Assembly (NCBI GenBank): GCA_049512815.1
Contig: JBEKWS010000006.1
Location: 99,398 to 163,397 of the forward strand
Direction of reading: 5' to 3'
Length of the DNA: 64,000 nt
Origin: Bacteroidales bacterium
GTDB lineage: Bacteria > Bacteroidota > Bacteroidia > Bacteroidales > VadinHA17
The stretch's first letter is position 1. Each line of letters begins with the position of its first letter. Made by a program: the position numbers and the translations under genes. A model generated the notes under the pieces. It was given only the letters and a program-made list of their open reading frames with translations. It did not search any database and was not told the origin of the DNA. Positions 12,275-21,748 of the stretch are shown here, piece after piece.

Positions 12275-15200
12275 ATGCGACATCTAATAATATTCCTATT
12301 TATATTCTTTTGGTCATTTTCTTTAAATGCGAAGCAATTCTATTTTCGTCATTACAGGAATGAGGATGGTCTGTCAAACAATACTGTGATGGTATCTATT
12401 CAGGACAGAAGAGGCTTTATATGGTTTGGAACAAAAGAAGGACTGAACAGGTTTGACGGATATCAATTCAAGACTTACCTTAATAATCCTAACAATCCCA
12501 ATAGTCTGATAAATAACATAATAATATCACTTTGTGAAGATAAAGACGGAATTATTTGGATTGGTACGATAAATGGTATCTGTTATTTTAATCCTGATAA
12601 TGATTATTTTGGAACAATTCAGAATGAAGATATTAAAATCACAGGACTTATTCTTGATATTAAGAATGACTTTAGCAATAATATATGGATTACGACCAGG
12701 CAAGGTGTGTACAGATATAATAAGCTTGAAAACAATATCTTCTTTTATTCTGCCACTGATTATTTTCAGCCGGGTTCTATTTGTGTAACATTATCAGGCG
12801 ATATATGGATAGCATCTTCTAACGGCAATATTTATAAATATGATCCCAGAACAAATAGCTATATTAAATATAAAGTATTGAATGATAATGAGCTGTTATC
12901 TTCAACTCAACTTGTGAAAATTGTCGAAACAGAAGATAACGAATTGCTGGTTTCAACTGACAATGCAGGTCTGAGACAATTTAATCCGAGCACCGGAAAG
13001 GTGGTTACATTATTTGACAAGGATAATGAAGGGAAAGATATTATCATACTGGCAATTTTAAAAAAGAGTGAAAACGAATATTGGATTGGCTCAGAGTCGG
13101 GAATCCATATTTTTGATCTCAAAGAAGGTTTCCGTGGAACTATTCAGAAATCGACTACAAATCCATTTTCTATTACAAATAACTCTATCCGTTCAATTAT
13201 TAAAGACAGGGAAGGTGGCATTTGGATCGGTACTTTTTATGGCGGAATAAATTATCTGCCCCAGGATAATAAACCTTTTGAAAAATTTTATCCCACTAGC
13301 CTTCCCGGTTCCTTAACAGGAAATGTTGTCCGGGAGATTTGTGTAGATTCATATGGGAATATATGGGTTGGAACTGAAGATGCAGGGTTGAATAAGTTCA
13401 ATCCAAGGAACGGCATTTTTACCGGATTTACACCTGCTAGTTCTTCAAAAAGGGTTCCCAGTACAAACATACAGGGATTAATGGTAGACGGTAATAATTT
13501 ATGGATAGGTACATACGACAAAGGAATATTTATCCTCAATATCCAATCGGAAAAAATTATAAAACATTTTGAACTTAGGCTGGATAACATAGGACTTAAA
13601 ACAAATTCAATTATCACGTTTCTAAAGACGAAGGATGGAACAATTTATGTGGGAAGTGCTACCGGATTGTATCAATTCAATCGTGAGACAGAAACGTTTA
13701 CGTACCTTAACAATGTGGCTTCGGGTTGCTGGGTGCATTCTCTTCATGAAAATAACAATGGGACTATATGGATTGGCACCTATGGCAATGGGCTATTAAA
13801 ATATGACCGGTTCAGCAATACAACTAAACGCTTTTCTTATATCAGGAATGATCCCTACAGCCTCAACTCAGATTATATAACCTCTATTTATGAAGATAAT
13901 CATAATCAGATTTGGATTACCACCGAAGGGAACGGTTTTTGCTTACTGGATAGTAAAACTGAAAAATTCACAAGGTTCGTTCCGGGGAAAGAACTTAAAT
14001 GGGGAATTTATTGTTCAATACTTGAAGATGGTAATGGGATTCTCTGGATAACATCGACAAGAGGATTATTAAGTTTTGATCCTTCTACCAAACGAATAAT
14101 AATGTATACAAAAGATGATGGTTTGCTTGATAATCATTTTAGTTACAATTCCGCATATCTCGATAATACAGGAACAATGTATTTTGGAACGGTTAGTGGT
14201 TTAATTGCATTTAATCCTATTAAGATCAGGGAAAATACTTATAACACTTCGGTCTACATTACCGGATTTCAGGTAGCAGGATCGGAGTTTTTAACAAACC
14301 CAACCAATTCAGAATCTGCAAAGTCTATTCTTGAGACTAATAAAATATCCCTTGCTTATAATAAATCTTCCTTTAGTATTGATTTTGTTGCCCCCAGCTT
14401 TACCAATCCGAAAATGACGAAATACAAATATATCCTTGAAGGATCTGATAAAAACTGGGTGTTATTGCCAAATAACAGGAAAGTATATTATACCAATTTG
14501 GCACCGGGGGATTACAGATTCAAGGTAATGGCGTCTATCGGAGATAATTTATGGAGTGAAAAGGGGGCTTTTCTTGAAATTAAAATTTTTCCACCAATAT
14601 GGTTGTCTGTTCCCGTTTATTTAATATACCTGGTAATCTTCCTGTCTGTTGTTATATTCACAATACATTTCTTCGCAAAAAGAAACAGGTTAGAGCATCA
14701 GCGAAAGATAGACAGACTTGAAAGTGAAAAGGAGATGGAGATACTTAATGCAAAAATCAGCTTTTTTACAAATATTACACATGAGATACGCACACCACTG
14801 ACTTTAATAAAAGGACCATTGGAAAGAATTTTTCAATCCGGTATAAATTCAGATACAATCGAAGAGAACCTCTCAATAATCAACAAAAATACCGACAGGT
14901 TATTGGAACTTACAAACCAATTGCTTGATTTCCGTAAAGCCGAGAAGGAGATTTTTAAACTGAATTTCGTACATACAGATATTTGTGAGTTAATTGAATC
15001 GACTTTCAATCTCTTTTTACCTGGAAGTCTCGAAAAAAACATCTCTTTTCAGATGCATTCCCAGGTAAAACAGTATCCTTTGGCTGTTGACAGGGAGACA
15101 TTGATCAAGATAATCAGTAACCTGTTATCGAATGCCCTTAAATTTGCAGATACAAGCGTAGATCTCTATCTTGAACCTGATACTCCTGATAACAGGAGTT

Positions 15201-16288
15201 TACGGATTCGGGTAAACAGTGATGGGAGACTAATACCTCCTGATTATAGTGAGAAAATATTTGAGCCATTCTTCCAGTTGACACCTGAACAATCTGGTAA
15301 ATCTCGTAAAGGGACAGGTCTTGGATTGGCACTGGCGCGTTCTCTTGCAGAACTTCACCAGGGTAAACTTTTTCTTGATAAGGAGGTTAATCATTTAAAC
15401 TCCTTTGTTCTGGAACTTCCGAAAACTCAGGAAGAATCATTTGTGCTGAATCAGAATTTGCCTGAAAACGGATTAAAAGAAGAACGCCATGAGTATGAGA
15501 TCTTTGGAAATATGAATTGCTCCCGACCAAATATCCTTCTTGTGGAAGATGAAAAGGAGATGGGAATATTTATTTCAAAAGAACTGTCACATGAATACAA
15601 TATAATATTGGCATCAAATGGTGCGGAAGCAATCAAAGTGCTAAGTAATTATGTGATCAATCTGGTTGTCAGCGATGTTATTATGCCTGTGATGGACGGA
15701 TATGAATTATGTAGTCAAATAAAGAATAATATTGAATTCAGCCATATACCGTTAATTCTTCTTACTGCTACGATAAACCTTAATGCCCGTATTGAGGGAC
15801 TCGATGCTGGGGCAGATGCATATATTGAAAAACCGTTCTCTACAAACCTGCTTCTGGCACAGATTTCAAATCTTCTAAAAAATAGGGATCTGGAACGACA
15901 GAACTTTTTAGAATCTCCACTTGCTCATATTAAGACACTAACTATGAATAAAACGGATGAGGAATTTATGAAAAAACTACATTCAAATATAATGACAAAG
16001 ATGACAGAACCAGATTTTCATATAGAAACGATAGCAAATATGATGGGTATAAGTATCTCAACCTTATATAGAAAAGTTAAAGCACTAACTGATCTTAATA
16101 CAGTTGAATACATTCGATTTTACAAATTAAAAAAAGCTGCAAAACTGTTATCTCAAGGAGAGTATCGGATAGATGAAATATCCTATCTTGTTGGATTTTC
16201 TTCACCTTCATATTTTGCAACAAGCTTTCACAAGCAGTTTGGCATTTCTCCCTCAGAGTTCCTAAAACAAACTAAAAATAATCAATAA
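12275..16288 (+). CDS. Hybrid two-component system sensor kinase/response regulator with AraC-type HTH (HTCS)
   Basis: 1337 aa. It has periplasmic beta-propeller repeats, a TM segment (PPIWLSVPVYLIYLVIFLSVVIF) and the H-box FFTNITHEIRTPLTLI. The ATPase G-box is GTGLGLALARSLAELHQG, the receiver is ILLVEDEKEM...VVSDVIMPVMDG, and the C-terminal AraC HTH is SPSYFATSFHKQFGISPSEF. Confidence 0.9.
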   Translation: MRHLIIFLFIFFWSFSLNAKQFYFRHYRNEDGLSNNTVMVSIQDRRGFIWFGTKEGLNRFDGYQFKTYLNNPNNPNSLINNIIISLCEDKDGIIWIGTINGICYFNPDNDYFGTIQNEDIKITGLILDIKNDFSNNIWITTRQGVYRYNKLENNIFFYSATDYFQPGSICVTLSGDIWIASSNGNIYKYDPRTNSYIKYKVLNDNELLSSTQLVKIVETEDNELLVSTDNAGLRQFNPSTGKVVTLFDKDNEGKDIIILAILKKSENEYWIGSESGIHIFDLKEGFRGTIQKSTTNPFSITNNSIRSIIKDREGGIWIGTFYGGINYLPQDNKPFEKFYPTSLPGSLTGNVVREICVDSYGNIWVGTEDAGLNKFNPRNGIFTGFTPASSSKRVPSTNIQGLMVDGNNLWIGTYDKGIFILNIQSEKIIKHFELRLDNIGLKTNSIITFLKTKDGTIYVGSATGLYQFNRETETFTYLNNVASGCWVHSLHENNNGTIWIGTYGNGLLKYDRFSNTTKRFSYIRNDPYSLNSDYITSIYEDNHNQIWITTEGNGFCLLDSKTEKFTRFVPGKELKWGIYCSILEDGNGILWITSTRGLLSFDPSTKRIIMYTKDDGLLDNHFSYNSAYLDNTGTMYFGTVSGLIAFNPIKIRENTYNTSVYITGFQVAGSEFLTNPTNSESAKSILETNKISLAYNKSSFSIDFVAPSFTNPKMTKYKYILEGSDKNWVLLPNNRKVYYTNLAPGDYRFKVMASIGDNLWSEKGAFLEIKIFPPIWLSVPVYLIYLVIFLSVVIFTIHFFAKRNRLEHQRKIDRLESEKEMEILNAKISFFTNITHEIRTPLTLIKGPLERIFQSGINSDTIEENLSIINKNTDRLLELTNQLLDFRKAEKEIFKLNFVHTDICELIESTFNLFLPGSLEKNISFQMHSQVKQYPLAVDRETLIKIISNLLSNALKFADTSVDLYLEPDTPDNRSLRIRVNSDGRLIPPDYSEKIFEPFFQLTPEQSGKSRKGTGLGLALARSLAELHQGKLFLDKEVNHLNSFVLELPKTQEESFVLNQNLPENGLKEERHEYEIFGNMNCSRPNILLVEDEKEMGIFISKELSHEYNIILASNGAEAIKVLSNYVINLVVSDVIMPVMDGYELCSQIKNNIEFSHIPLILLTATINLNARIEGLDAGADAYIEKPFSTNLLLAQISNLLKNRDLERQNFLESPLAHIKTLTMNKTDEEFMKKLHSNIMTKMTEPDFHIETIANMMGISISTLYRKVKALTDLNTVEYIRFYKLKKAAKLLSQGEYRIDEISYLVGFSSPSYFATSFHKQFGISPSEFLKQTKNNQ

Positions 16289-16361
16289 CAGTATTTTAAA
16301 TTATTATTGATAAATTTTGTTTGTTGCAACCCGGGTTAGGGTTTAATTATAATCTCATTAG

Positions 16362-16885
16362 TCTAACAGATTCCTTTATCTTTCAGATCCAATCTCACTG
16401 GAATTACAGAAATCCTACTTTCTTTCTCGAAACCAAGATGATACTGCTAAAGCTATTTATCGTTTAGTTTCTATTGGTATAATTGATTCTTATACTATCG
16501 AATATCAGAATAAACTATATAATATAACCTTTACAAAAAAGAAGAAAGAGGATTATTATTCATCTTTAGAAGCACTTATTGCCCGCTATACCTCGAAAAA
16601 TGTTGCTAAAAAGAAATAGAGAAGCTAAACGAAGAAGCAAAAATTGTCAACTAACAGAAAAGTATATTATAATGAAATAAAAGTTAGAACGGCTACTGCG
16701 ATTAGTAAATGTCTAGAATATCTTACTGATTTCATCTATGAAAAAATAAAAGAAAAACGTTTGCTAGCGATTGAAGATATGGTAAGCTTGTGCCAAACCT
16801 CTATTAATATTCAAAACCACTGTTACAAAACCAATATATAAAAGATGAAATTTACTACTACTTCAATGCTAAGAACGCAATTTAA
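16362..16885 (+). pseudogene. Degenerate coding relic in three frames (possibly C-terminal fragments of a large SF2/RecQ-like helicase)
   Basis: I translated three fragments: LSDPISLELQKSYFLSRNQDDTAKAIYRLVSIGIIDSYTIEYQNKLYNITFTKKKKEDYYSSLEALIARYTSKNVAKKK*, then the 16644..16841 ORF, then KDEIYYYFNAKNAI*. The helicase resemblance is from memory only and is unverified. Confidence 0.25.
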
Positions 16886-17063
16886 CTTTCCCCAGTGTTG
16901 CTATTTGCTGTTCCAACAAAACACCGCTAACGATAGTGTCATTCACAAAAACAGCGGTCCCGGAAAACTCTGGTTCGGTGATCCTGATATTTTGAACTTT
17001 CTGACAATTAACCTGGCTAATTGAAAAAAGTAAAAACGATAAAATTAATGAATTACATTTCAT
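16869..17063 (-). CDS. Small hypothetical secreted protein
   Basis: 64 aa with a plausible signal peptide (MKCNSLILSFLLFSISQVNCQ). No recognisable domain. Confidence 0.3.
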   Translation of the reverse strand: MKCNSLILSFLLFSISQVNCQKVQNIRITEPEFSGTAVFVNDTIVSGVLLEQQIATLGKVKLRS

Positions 17064-17316
17064 GATCTTAAAGTTAAGATTTATTTTTCTTGGCGTTATA
17101 TTTTACTTCCGCTGAATCTTACTGAGGCGGAATGAAACTATCTTCCTCTGGGAAAGGGTAAAGTTTCGGTTTTTTAATCCCTGCGTTTTTATTGAAACGT
17201 TTTTTGAATCCTTCTTTTGTGTGTTCTACGCTTTCCGCTGGTAAACCAGAGGTCTTCTTTAAAAACTTAGATTTTATCATGGCTCTTGAATTAAGGTTTT
17301 TATTATTTCTTTATTT

Positions 17317-17592
17317 TCAATGTCTCTTTTTAGTGCAGCCTTTAACCTGGTTAAATGTATCTCGGTCTGTTCTTTTTCTACCTGGCATTTTTTTAAACAT
17401 CCTGAAGGTCCTAATTTCTTGCCTCATGGCTTTTTGTTCTTCCGGGAACCGGACCAGGGCATCAACAATAAGTTTATCAATAAGCTTGTTCAGTGATGAG
17501 AGATTGAACTTTTTCAATCCTGAACTGAGTAGCTTTTCAGTCTCATCGTTATAGCGATATGTGAATTTTTTTCTATCTCCCATTGCCGTCAT
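17317..17592 (-). CDS. Hypothetical small protein, possible ribbon-helix-helix DNA-binding fold
   Basis: 91 aa. The N-terminal pattern RKKFTYRYNDETEKLLSSGLKKFNLSSLNKLIDKLIVDAL fits strand-helix-helix. It is followed in the same orientation by an unlisted 53-aa lysine-rich ORF at 17119..17280 (MIKSKFLKKTSGLPAESVEHTKEGFKKRFNK...). Confidence 0.35.
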   Translation of the reverse strand: MTAMGDRKKFTYRYNDETEKLLSSGLKKFNLSSLNKLIDKLIVDALVRFPEEQKAMRQEIRTFRMFKKMPGRKRTDRDTFNQVKGCTKKRH

Positions 17593-17884
17593 AATTTAGT
17601 ATCGAGGATCTTCTGGATCTGCAGTTGCAGTAAATAAATGCCGTTAAAATGTGTGCCAGACAGCTGCTGATCCTGAACCGGCCGGCCAGATCCCTCACTA
17701 AAGATGCCGTAATTATATTATTTATCAAATGACAATCCTTTATCTATAATTTTTCAATGATTTGTTTCCTTTAAGGAATAATTACGGGATATTCTTTATT
17801 TATTAATGATTTTATCAAATCTTCGATAGCTGTGTTAGTTATGTACAAAAGCCGGACATGCTGCTTTTACATGACTCATCCAAG

Positions 17885-18742
17885 TTAAGAAAGTATCTTT
17901 TTAAGAAGTACTAATAATTCATTTTTTACAGTTTCAAAATCAGGCAATTCTCCAGTTATCTGATGTGCCAGACTATTTTTCCAGGCGGCTTTAAGATGCT
18001 TGTCGTTTTCGGAGTTTATCAATTGCTCTATTCCACTAAATGAATGTCCTTTAAATGCAAGTTTCTTATGAAATGCATCAACTATAGGCTTATATTCTAA
18101 TTCCGGAAAGTGTTTTGAAAGATACCAGATATCGTAAAAATCGCGTGGGGCGGTATAAGACCGTTGGATTAATGAACGTATCTTTTCAGCCAGCCCTTCT
18201 TCAATACTATAGCAAGGGACCCGTAAAGCATTTTCTGTAAGTTTATCCGAAAAAGAATGGACTACATCTCGTTTTGATACAGGGAACAATATCAATTCAT
18301 ATAGAATTATTTCAATTTTTACTTTGGTCTGCCAGCGTTGTGGTGGAGGCGGAGGATCGTTGCGCGGATGATCGGAACCCCAGAATTTGATTATTGCTTC
18401 GTATCCTGTAAGCTTATCTTTAAATTTTAATTCTTTCAAAGATTCGATGTGTGTGGGCATCTCAACCCTTTGTTTTAAAAGGGCCGAGATGTTATCCAAA
18501 TGTTTCCTGGTAAGTATGAAATCCTTATCAATTGAAGTAAAGTCAAGATCTTAAGAAAATCGATAATCCGGAATGTAGCATTTTTTCAAACAGGTACCTC
18601 CTTTGAAAATCAGCTTTTGTCTAAGTTCAGGTATCGAAAAAATAGCATCAATGAAGTGCCCTAATGCCCAATCTTTATCGATAGTGCTTTTAACTACTCC
18701 TTTTTGTGCTGCGATAGTGACTATTTCTTTTTGTAAAATCAT
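17885..18742 (-). pseudogene. abiEii: AbiEii/AbiGii-family nucleotidyltransferase toxin interrupted by one in-frame TAA
   Basis: The 63-aa ORF ends KGGTCLKKCYIPDYRFS. A TAA follows at 18548..18550, and the same frame continues DLDFTSIDKDFILTRKHLDNISALL into the 204-aa ORF. As I recall it, the family motif is RFSEDLDFT, so GAA (Glu) has become TAA. Confidence 0.8.
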
Positions 18743-19542
18743 TAGTATTGCTTGTTACAAATATCCAGAATTTCATTGCGACTAATATTTAACCGTAACC
18801 GCCAGTCATTTACAAATTCTCCATTGTCGGTTCCTGCCGGGTCAAATACATTGTACTTTTTATTTATTTGCTGCTTAGCGTACCTGATGAAGTTTTTTAA
18901 GCCTTTCTTATCAAGTAGCTCAGCAAAAAAGCCCATGCGCTTGGTTGCAGCAATGTTGTTGATAGCTGTACTATAGGTTATCATTTTTTCGCTATTGAGT
19001 TTTGCCTGGTTGAAAGCACGGATAAGCTCGGCATAGCCTCCGGAATGCTCGGGTAGGTCAAAACAGTCCACAATGGTCTTTTCGATATCGGTAATCCAAT
19101 ATTTTCTATTGCCCTGTCCCTGTGTAAGTAATCCGATAATTTTGGAAGGAGCTACTTTGACGAACTTATATGAAGTCCCGAATACTGTTTTATTCCTCTT
19201 AGGCTTTGAGGTTTGAATAAACACATTATTGGGAAACTGTTCGGTAAGCCCATAAGCATTCAGTGCAGACCAATAGGCAATAGCCCCGGAATTGCCAATA
19301 AAGCATCCTATTATTTTTTCGTCTGTGAAATTTGCACGACAGTATTTACCTCGTTCAATCCTGGAGAGTATTTTTTTATGAACTAAATTTTCTACCAGTT
19401 CATTAATGTCAATAAATTGCTGGCTAAATTGCTTTTTAAGTTCATCCAATGTGAAAATATCCAGTTCGTAATCGTCTAATGACAGCATAAAATCAATTTG
19501 TTGCTGATTTAGATTCTTTGATATGTATGTACTTCTTGCCAT
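18742..19542 (-). CDS. abiEi: AbiEi-family type IV antitoxin / transcriptional regulator
   Basis: 266 aa, immediately upstream of the AbiEii reading frame. The two frames overlap by 1 nt (both features include nt 18742). Size and N-terminal wHTH-like region are typical of AbiEi. Confidence 0.75.
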   Translation of the reverse strand: MARSTYISKNLNQQQIDFMLSLDDYELDIFTLDELKKQFSQQFIDINELVENLVHKKILSRIERGKYCRANFTDEKIIGCFIGNSGAIAYWSALNAYGLTEQFPNNVFIQTSKPKRNKTVFGTSYKFVKVAPSKIIGLLTQGQGNRKYWITDIEKTIVDCFDLPEHSGGYAELIRAFNQAKLNSEKMITYSTAINNIAATKRMGFFAELLDKKGLKNFIRYAKQQINKKYNVFDPAGTDNGEFVNDWRLRLNISRNEILDICNKQY

Positions 19543-19558
19543 TACTTACTATTGTATG

Positions 19559-19583
19559 ATAAACCCTAATAATTGGGGTTTAT
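19559..19583. promoter_or_regulatory. Inverted repeat ATAAACCC-N9-GGGTTTAT upstream of abiEi (candidate operator)
   Basis: Perfect 8-bp arms at 19559..19566 and 19576..19583, 17 nt upstream of the abiEi start codon. AbiEi proteins are known to autoregulate through inverted repeats. Confidence 0.3.
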
Positions 19584-19931
19584 AGTCTGTTAAAAAGTAA
19601 TGCTAATTTATAAACAAAATTTAAATTTACAAACAGTAGTAGTCATTTTGATAAAAAGAGTGAATCAAGCTCCTTTATTGTGTAAAAACCAGTTACCCTG
19701 ATCATTGTTGGACAGTTTAAATTGACCACGATAAGTCCGAGTTAAGTATTTGTTGTTTTACTATGTATGTAAATTGAAACATTCCCGGCGAAATGTGGTC
19801 AATAAGCCAGGCTTTTACAGTATATTAGCAATTGAGGTTATTGAAGTTGGAGTTTATAATCGATAATTATTGCGATATTATGTATAATTATGCTATAAAG
19901 TTTCACTGGTGAGAAAAAAAACAAAGCGAAA

Positions 19932-21230
19932 TTAGTTTTGAGAAATAATCTCTTTTGATTTATGGGCCAGACTTAATACGTTCCATGTATTGTCCATGAC
20001 TTGGCTTTTGAAAGCATCTGTAATCTTTAAGTATTTTCTCAAATCCTTTTCCTTTTTAGGAGCTCCCATATCCTGTAATGCTTTTATGTTTACCCCTAAC
20101 ATGATGCTATTTGTAATAAAGGTTTTTCTGGCCGTGTGGTATGTAATAGCTTCATATAGTGGAAGAGATTCTTCCGTTGTTTCACTTCCTATTACAGTTT
20201 TTTTTATCACCCGCCTATTAAATCCAGTATTTGGCAATTGCTTTAAAGCAATAGTTTTGCAACATTCCTTAATGTATTCGTTGATATTTTGAATAGACAT
20301 TTTGGGAAGAGGATTTTCATCCCTCTCATATTTTTTAAGTATTTCGAGAGCAAAGTTGTTTAGAGGCAAGGTTTTAACATAACCTGTTTTGACTTGTGTT
20401 TTAGTTAACAGCTTATTGTTTATATGTTCACGTTTCAATGAAACCACATCGCTGTAACGAAGCCCGATAAAGGAAGCAAAGCAATATAAATCACGAACTT
20501 TTTTTAATCGATTTGTATCAAAGTTATAATCCAATAATACTAGTAGTTCATCCATACTCAAAAAAACAACCTCTTTTTCAGGTTCTTCAACTTTTAGTTT
20601 ATCATAAATTTTATCATGATAATAGTTCCGTTCTTCAGCCCAATGAAGAAATGTTGATAGGACTCTTGTAATCTTGGCATAATATCCAAGTTGTTTCTTT
20701 TCAGTTAAGAACGTGAATTTCTTAAGTTTATCAATAAAGTTAACATTAATATTCTCCCAGGTTAAAGTATACTTTGTAGCTACTTGAAATCGAATTATGA
20801 AGTTTTTTACAGTAGTATATCCTTTTATCGTACGTTCAGCTTTATCCGATTTGTTTGATTCAATAAAATCGCTGAAAACATCCATTACTGAAGTTGATTT
20901 AAGCACAGTGGATACTTCAGGAATATTGAGAAGATTTGTCAACTCAAACTCTGAAGGATTCCTTCTTTCCTTTGTAACCTTATTGAATAATAATTTGGCC
21001 TGGGATTCAACCTCATCGATAAATGAGTTCATTTTTGAGTTATCATCATAGTCTTTTTCTGATAGAGAAGTAAGCCTTAACCGCTGGTTTCTTTTATTCC
21101 AATCACGAATTCGCACTTTCCCCAACTTCATTCTATAGGACTTATATTCGCTTGTGATTTGAGCCAGGAGAGAAACCTTTCCTTGTTTATCAAGCTTTTC
21201 TGATTTAAGATAAAATACGATTTGTGCCAT
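19932..21230 (-). CDS. Tyrosine site-specific recombinase/integrase (Bacteroidota type with N-terminal arm-binding domain)
   Basis: 432 aa. The N-terminus MAQIVFYLKSEKLDKQGKVSLLAQI is typical of this class. The catalytic region contains LRYSDV and YHTARKTFITNSIMLGVNIKALQDMG. The last motif around the catalytic Tyr is atypical (KDLRKYLKIT). Confidence 0.85.
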   Translation of the reverse strand: MAQIVFYLKSEKLDKQGKVSLLAQITSEYKSYRMKLGKVRIRDWNKRNQRLRLTSLSEKDYDDNSKMNSFIDEVESQAKLLFNKVTKERRNPSEFELTNLLNIPEVSTVLKSTSVMDVFSDFIESNKSDKAERTIKGYTTVKNFIIRFQVATKYTLTWENINVNFIDKLKKFTFLTEKKQLGYYAKITRVLSTFLHWAEERNYYHDKIYDKLKVEEPEKEVVFLSMDELLVLLDYNFDTNRLKKVRDLYCFASFIGLRYSDVVSLKREHINNKLLTKTQVKTGYVKTLPLNNFALEILKKYERDENPLPKMSIQNINEYIKECCKTIALKQLPNTGFNRRVIKKTVIGSETTEESLPLYEAITYHTARKTFITNSIMLGVNIKALQDMGAPKKEKDLRKYLKITDAFKSQVMDNTWNVLSLAHKSKEIISQN

Positions 21231-21265
21231 AATTGAGTGTTTTATACCTCTTTAAGTAAATAAAA

Positions 21266-21291
21266 AGTAGGTGCTAATTAGGTGCTAATAA
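21266..21291 (+). repeat. 26-bp direct repeat AGTAGGTGCTAATTAGGTGCTAATAA (tandem GGTGCTAAT half-sites), copy 1
   Basis: Lies 36 nt upstream of the integrase start. It matches 24924..24949 at 25 of 26 positions. Confidence 0.85.
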
Positions 21292-21393
21292 TTACTCAAA
21301 TGTAATAAAATGAAGTCGAATAAACAAAACGTATTTATTTAATGTGCTGTATATCAGATATAATACTATAATGAAGTCAAATGCAATAAAATA

Positions 21394-21466
21394 GATTGAA
21401 GTCCCGCTCCGGGTACAAAAACAGAGCGAGAGTGAGAGTGTGAGAGAGCACTCTCGTTCTGTTTTC
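21394..21466 (+). repeat. GGTTGCAAC-box intergenic repeat, copy B (first box diverged: GATTGAAGT)
   Basis: CCGCTCCGGGTACAAAAAC matches copy C (CCGCTGGGGGTACAAAAAG). It is followed by a 15-bp stem, 21420..21434 pairing with 21449..21463 with one G-T pair, then TTTC. Confidence 0.5.
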
Positions 21467-21507
21467 TCAAACCTCAATCTCACACTCACACTTTTTCTTC
21501 CTTCCGT

Positions 21508-21535
21508 GAGAGTGAACACTTCACTCTCTTTTTTT
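21508..21535 (+). terminator. Rho-independent-terminator-like hairpin (GAGAGTGAA-CAC-TTCACTCTC followed by T7)
   Basis: Perfect 9-bp stem with a 3-nt loop and seven T on the + strand. No + strand CDS lies upstream of it, only repeat copy B. Confidence 0.45.
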
Positions 21536-21748
21536 CACTCCCGCTATTTAATCCGTTACTTTAGTGATGATGGGTTCTTACAATCACACTTACTCCTTTC
21601 TCCTAACCTCACGTTCTCCGGTTCATTGATTTTCTTCGCTTCCTAAAACTCACTAATTTTTAGAATTAGTTGTACAGGCGCAGTAAAAAAAGGGTAGTAA
21701 CATCATCTTTAGTTATTTCATTATTGCCCATCAGAACAGAACGCCTTG

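Larger units (their letters stand above)
16300..21540. mobile_element. Decayed integrative island (helicase relic, small ORFs, AbiE pair, integrase, arm-type repeats); exact ends not determined
   Basis: The gene content is unrelated to glycan use and sits directly after the HTCS stop. The integrase lies at the right end, with repeated AATGAAGTC sites at 21309, 21370 and 21396. Confidence 0.45.

Noticed and set aside
17192-17554. 120-aa plus-strand ORF antisense to 17317..17592
   Set aside because: Its translation is Leu/Phe/Ser-rich with no start context. The minus-strand ORF has a more protein-like pattern. Neither is certain.
21292-21646. ORFs 21292..21519 (-) and 21440..21646 (+)
   Set aside because: They run through the low-complexity, hairpin-rich spacer next to the integrase, and their translations are simple-sequence artefacts.
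21231-21748. A tRNA gene as the integration target next to the integrase
   Set aside because: I looked for T-loop (GGTTCGAATCC-like) and acceptor-stem patterns on both sides of the island and found none.
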